This document shows, one piece after another, positions 17,356-18,363 of a stretch of DNA of 18,363 nt; position 1 is the first letter of the stretch; every line of letters begins with the position of its first letter. Under the pieces are notes generated by a model. The model saw nothing but the letters and a program-made list of their open reading frames with translations, searched no databases and was not told where the DNA came from. A program made the translations under genes and the position numbers. The stretch is from Bugula neritina (lineage: Eukaryota; Animalia; Bryozoa). The stretch lies in NCBI GenBank assembly GCA_964035545.1, contig CAXIUT010000231.1, positions 1 through 18,363 of the forward strand, given 5' to 3'.

Positions 17356-18124
17356 TCATTCTTTAGGACCATTGATTCCCCCATTCATACAATTTTCACA
17401 ATTACACAAATATGAACATTTAACACCCGTAAAGAAACACTCACAATATTTCTTAAAACAACTTGTCTTCTTGCAATTGCAACCCCTCTTCAACCCAAGT
17501 TAGGATTGCTCTCCCACCAACTCTGTTTTTATATCAAATGCATTTGGATTTTTCTCAAGTACGGCCCTTCTAGCCTTTTGTTTCTTGTCTTAAAAATCAC
17601 TGTTATTTCTGCATTGATAGCAAGAACACCTTTAATTACACTAAAGGCCTTTAGAAAAACACTAGCAATACATGAGCAAACATTTTGATTTTGGACACTT
17701 ACAACTGACTTAAGTAACCTTTTTTCCTACCGGCTAAGCCTAAATGCTCATTTTTTGCACTTATCTACATAAATAAAGAGCTACTCGACCATATATTCAA
17801 GCTATGTTTCCCGCTTTTTTGATTTAAATGATCCCTCATCTCTCATTTAAGAGTAGAACAGCTCCTACTAAGCTAAATTATCAAAAAGATCTTTATTCTA
17901 ATATTTTTATAAAGCTTTAGCTGATATATCTGATTAAAGGCTTATTCTATTTCAAATAAAATATACTTCTGGTTGTTGTATGAACCTCTATTTTGATAGT
18001 GTGTGCCTCCAATACTGAAGCAAGACTCATTGGAATGACGGCTGTTGATTGATATTTTAGGTTAGTTTTTGATATTGTTGAGAGGGTTAGACTGAGCGTT
18101 ACCTTATTAGTATTCAATGTCCAT
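17356..18124 (-). CDS. CRC (tesmin/TSO1/LIN54-type CXC) domain DNA-binding protein, 242 aa; 20-nt introns at 17947-17966 and 17765-17784
   Basis: Two CXC repeats, [33 protein letters not shown] and [34 protein letters not shown], joined by the hinge LEKNPNAF (RNPxAF-like). Confidence 0.93.
17765..17784 (-). other. 20-nt spliceosomal intron
   Basis: Minus-strand gtagctctttatttatgtag; the unspliced frame hits TGA shortly after. Confidence 0.8.
17947..17966 (-). other. 20-nt spliceosomal intron
   Basis: Minus-strand gtatattttatttgaaatag; restores the frame. Confidence 0.8.
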
Positions 18125-18257
18125 TTATAATATTAGAAAAATTACTAGTATTACGTTTTATCAAATAATTAAATAATATATACTGTGATATGGAAATGAT
18201 TTAGAAAGAATTAATATTCCTATTAAATATTTAAGATCTACAATATATATTTATTTA

Positions 18258-18363
18258 TTGGGGTTGGGGTTGGGGTTGGGGTTGGGGTTGGGGTTGGGGT
18301 TGGGGTTGGGGTTGGGGTTGGGGTTGGGGTTGGGGTTGGGGTTGGGGTTGGGGTTGGGGTTGG
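18258..18363 (+). repeat. Telomere, (TTGGGG)17 plus TTGG, at the chromosome end
   Basis: Perfect, invariant TTGGGG array running to the end of the window, with the G-rich strand oriented 5'->3' toward the terminus. Confidence 0.98.

Noticed and set aside
868-17688. Supplied ORFs 868-1092, 4547-4753, 5678-5875, 6506-6805, 7324-7533, 8793-8996, 8817-9080, 10579-10890, 15353-15538 and 17506-17688 as genes
   Set aside because: They are off-frame or antisense shadows of real genes, produced by treating TAA/TAG as stops. Only 3943-4167, 8813-9019 and 11437-11622 are in-frame fragments of real genes.

Overview
This window is the right end of a ciliate macronuclear chromosome, not bacterial DNA. It ends in a pure (TTGGGG)n telomere. 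TGA is the only stop codon, and TAA/TAG sit at conserved glutamate positions, which fits NCBI translation table 30 (peritrich code). The supplied standard-code ORF track is therefore mostly fragments and shadow ORFs. Re-translated by hand, the window holds 14 tightly packed complete genes plus a partial one at the left edge. Most intergenic gaps are 45-200 nt, and the introns are tiny GTA..AG introns, nearly all exactly 20 nt. The genes are: a TM RING-H2 E3 ligase, coiled-coil proteins, a Rab GTPase, an MGNC acylated protein, a SHIPPO/PGP-repeat protein, a small Cys protein, a Utp12-like stand-alone domain, a pseudokinase with a PNQV repeat, a BET-like degenerate bromodomain+ET protein, a FAM161-like protein, an HTH protein and a CRC/tesmin protein. 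The best hidden element is a ~190-nt structured RNA at ~17020-17208 with the features of the 18S-processing H/ACA snoRNA snR30/U17. It has an upstream snRNA-type ACCCATAAA element and an oligo-T terminator. Several one-base frame breaks at homopolymers are probably sequencing errors but are flagged. All assignments come from manual translation and motif recognition; no searches were run.
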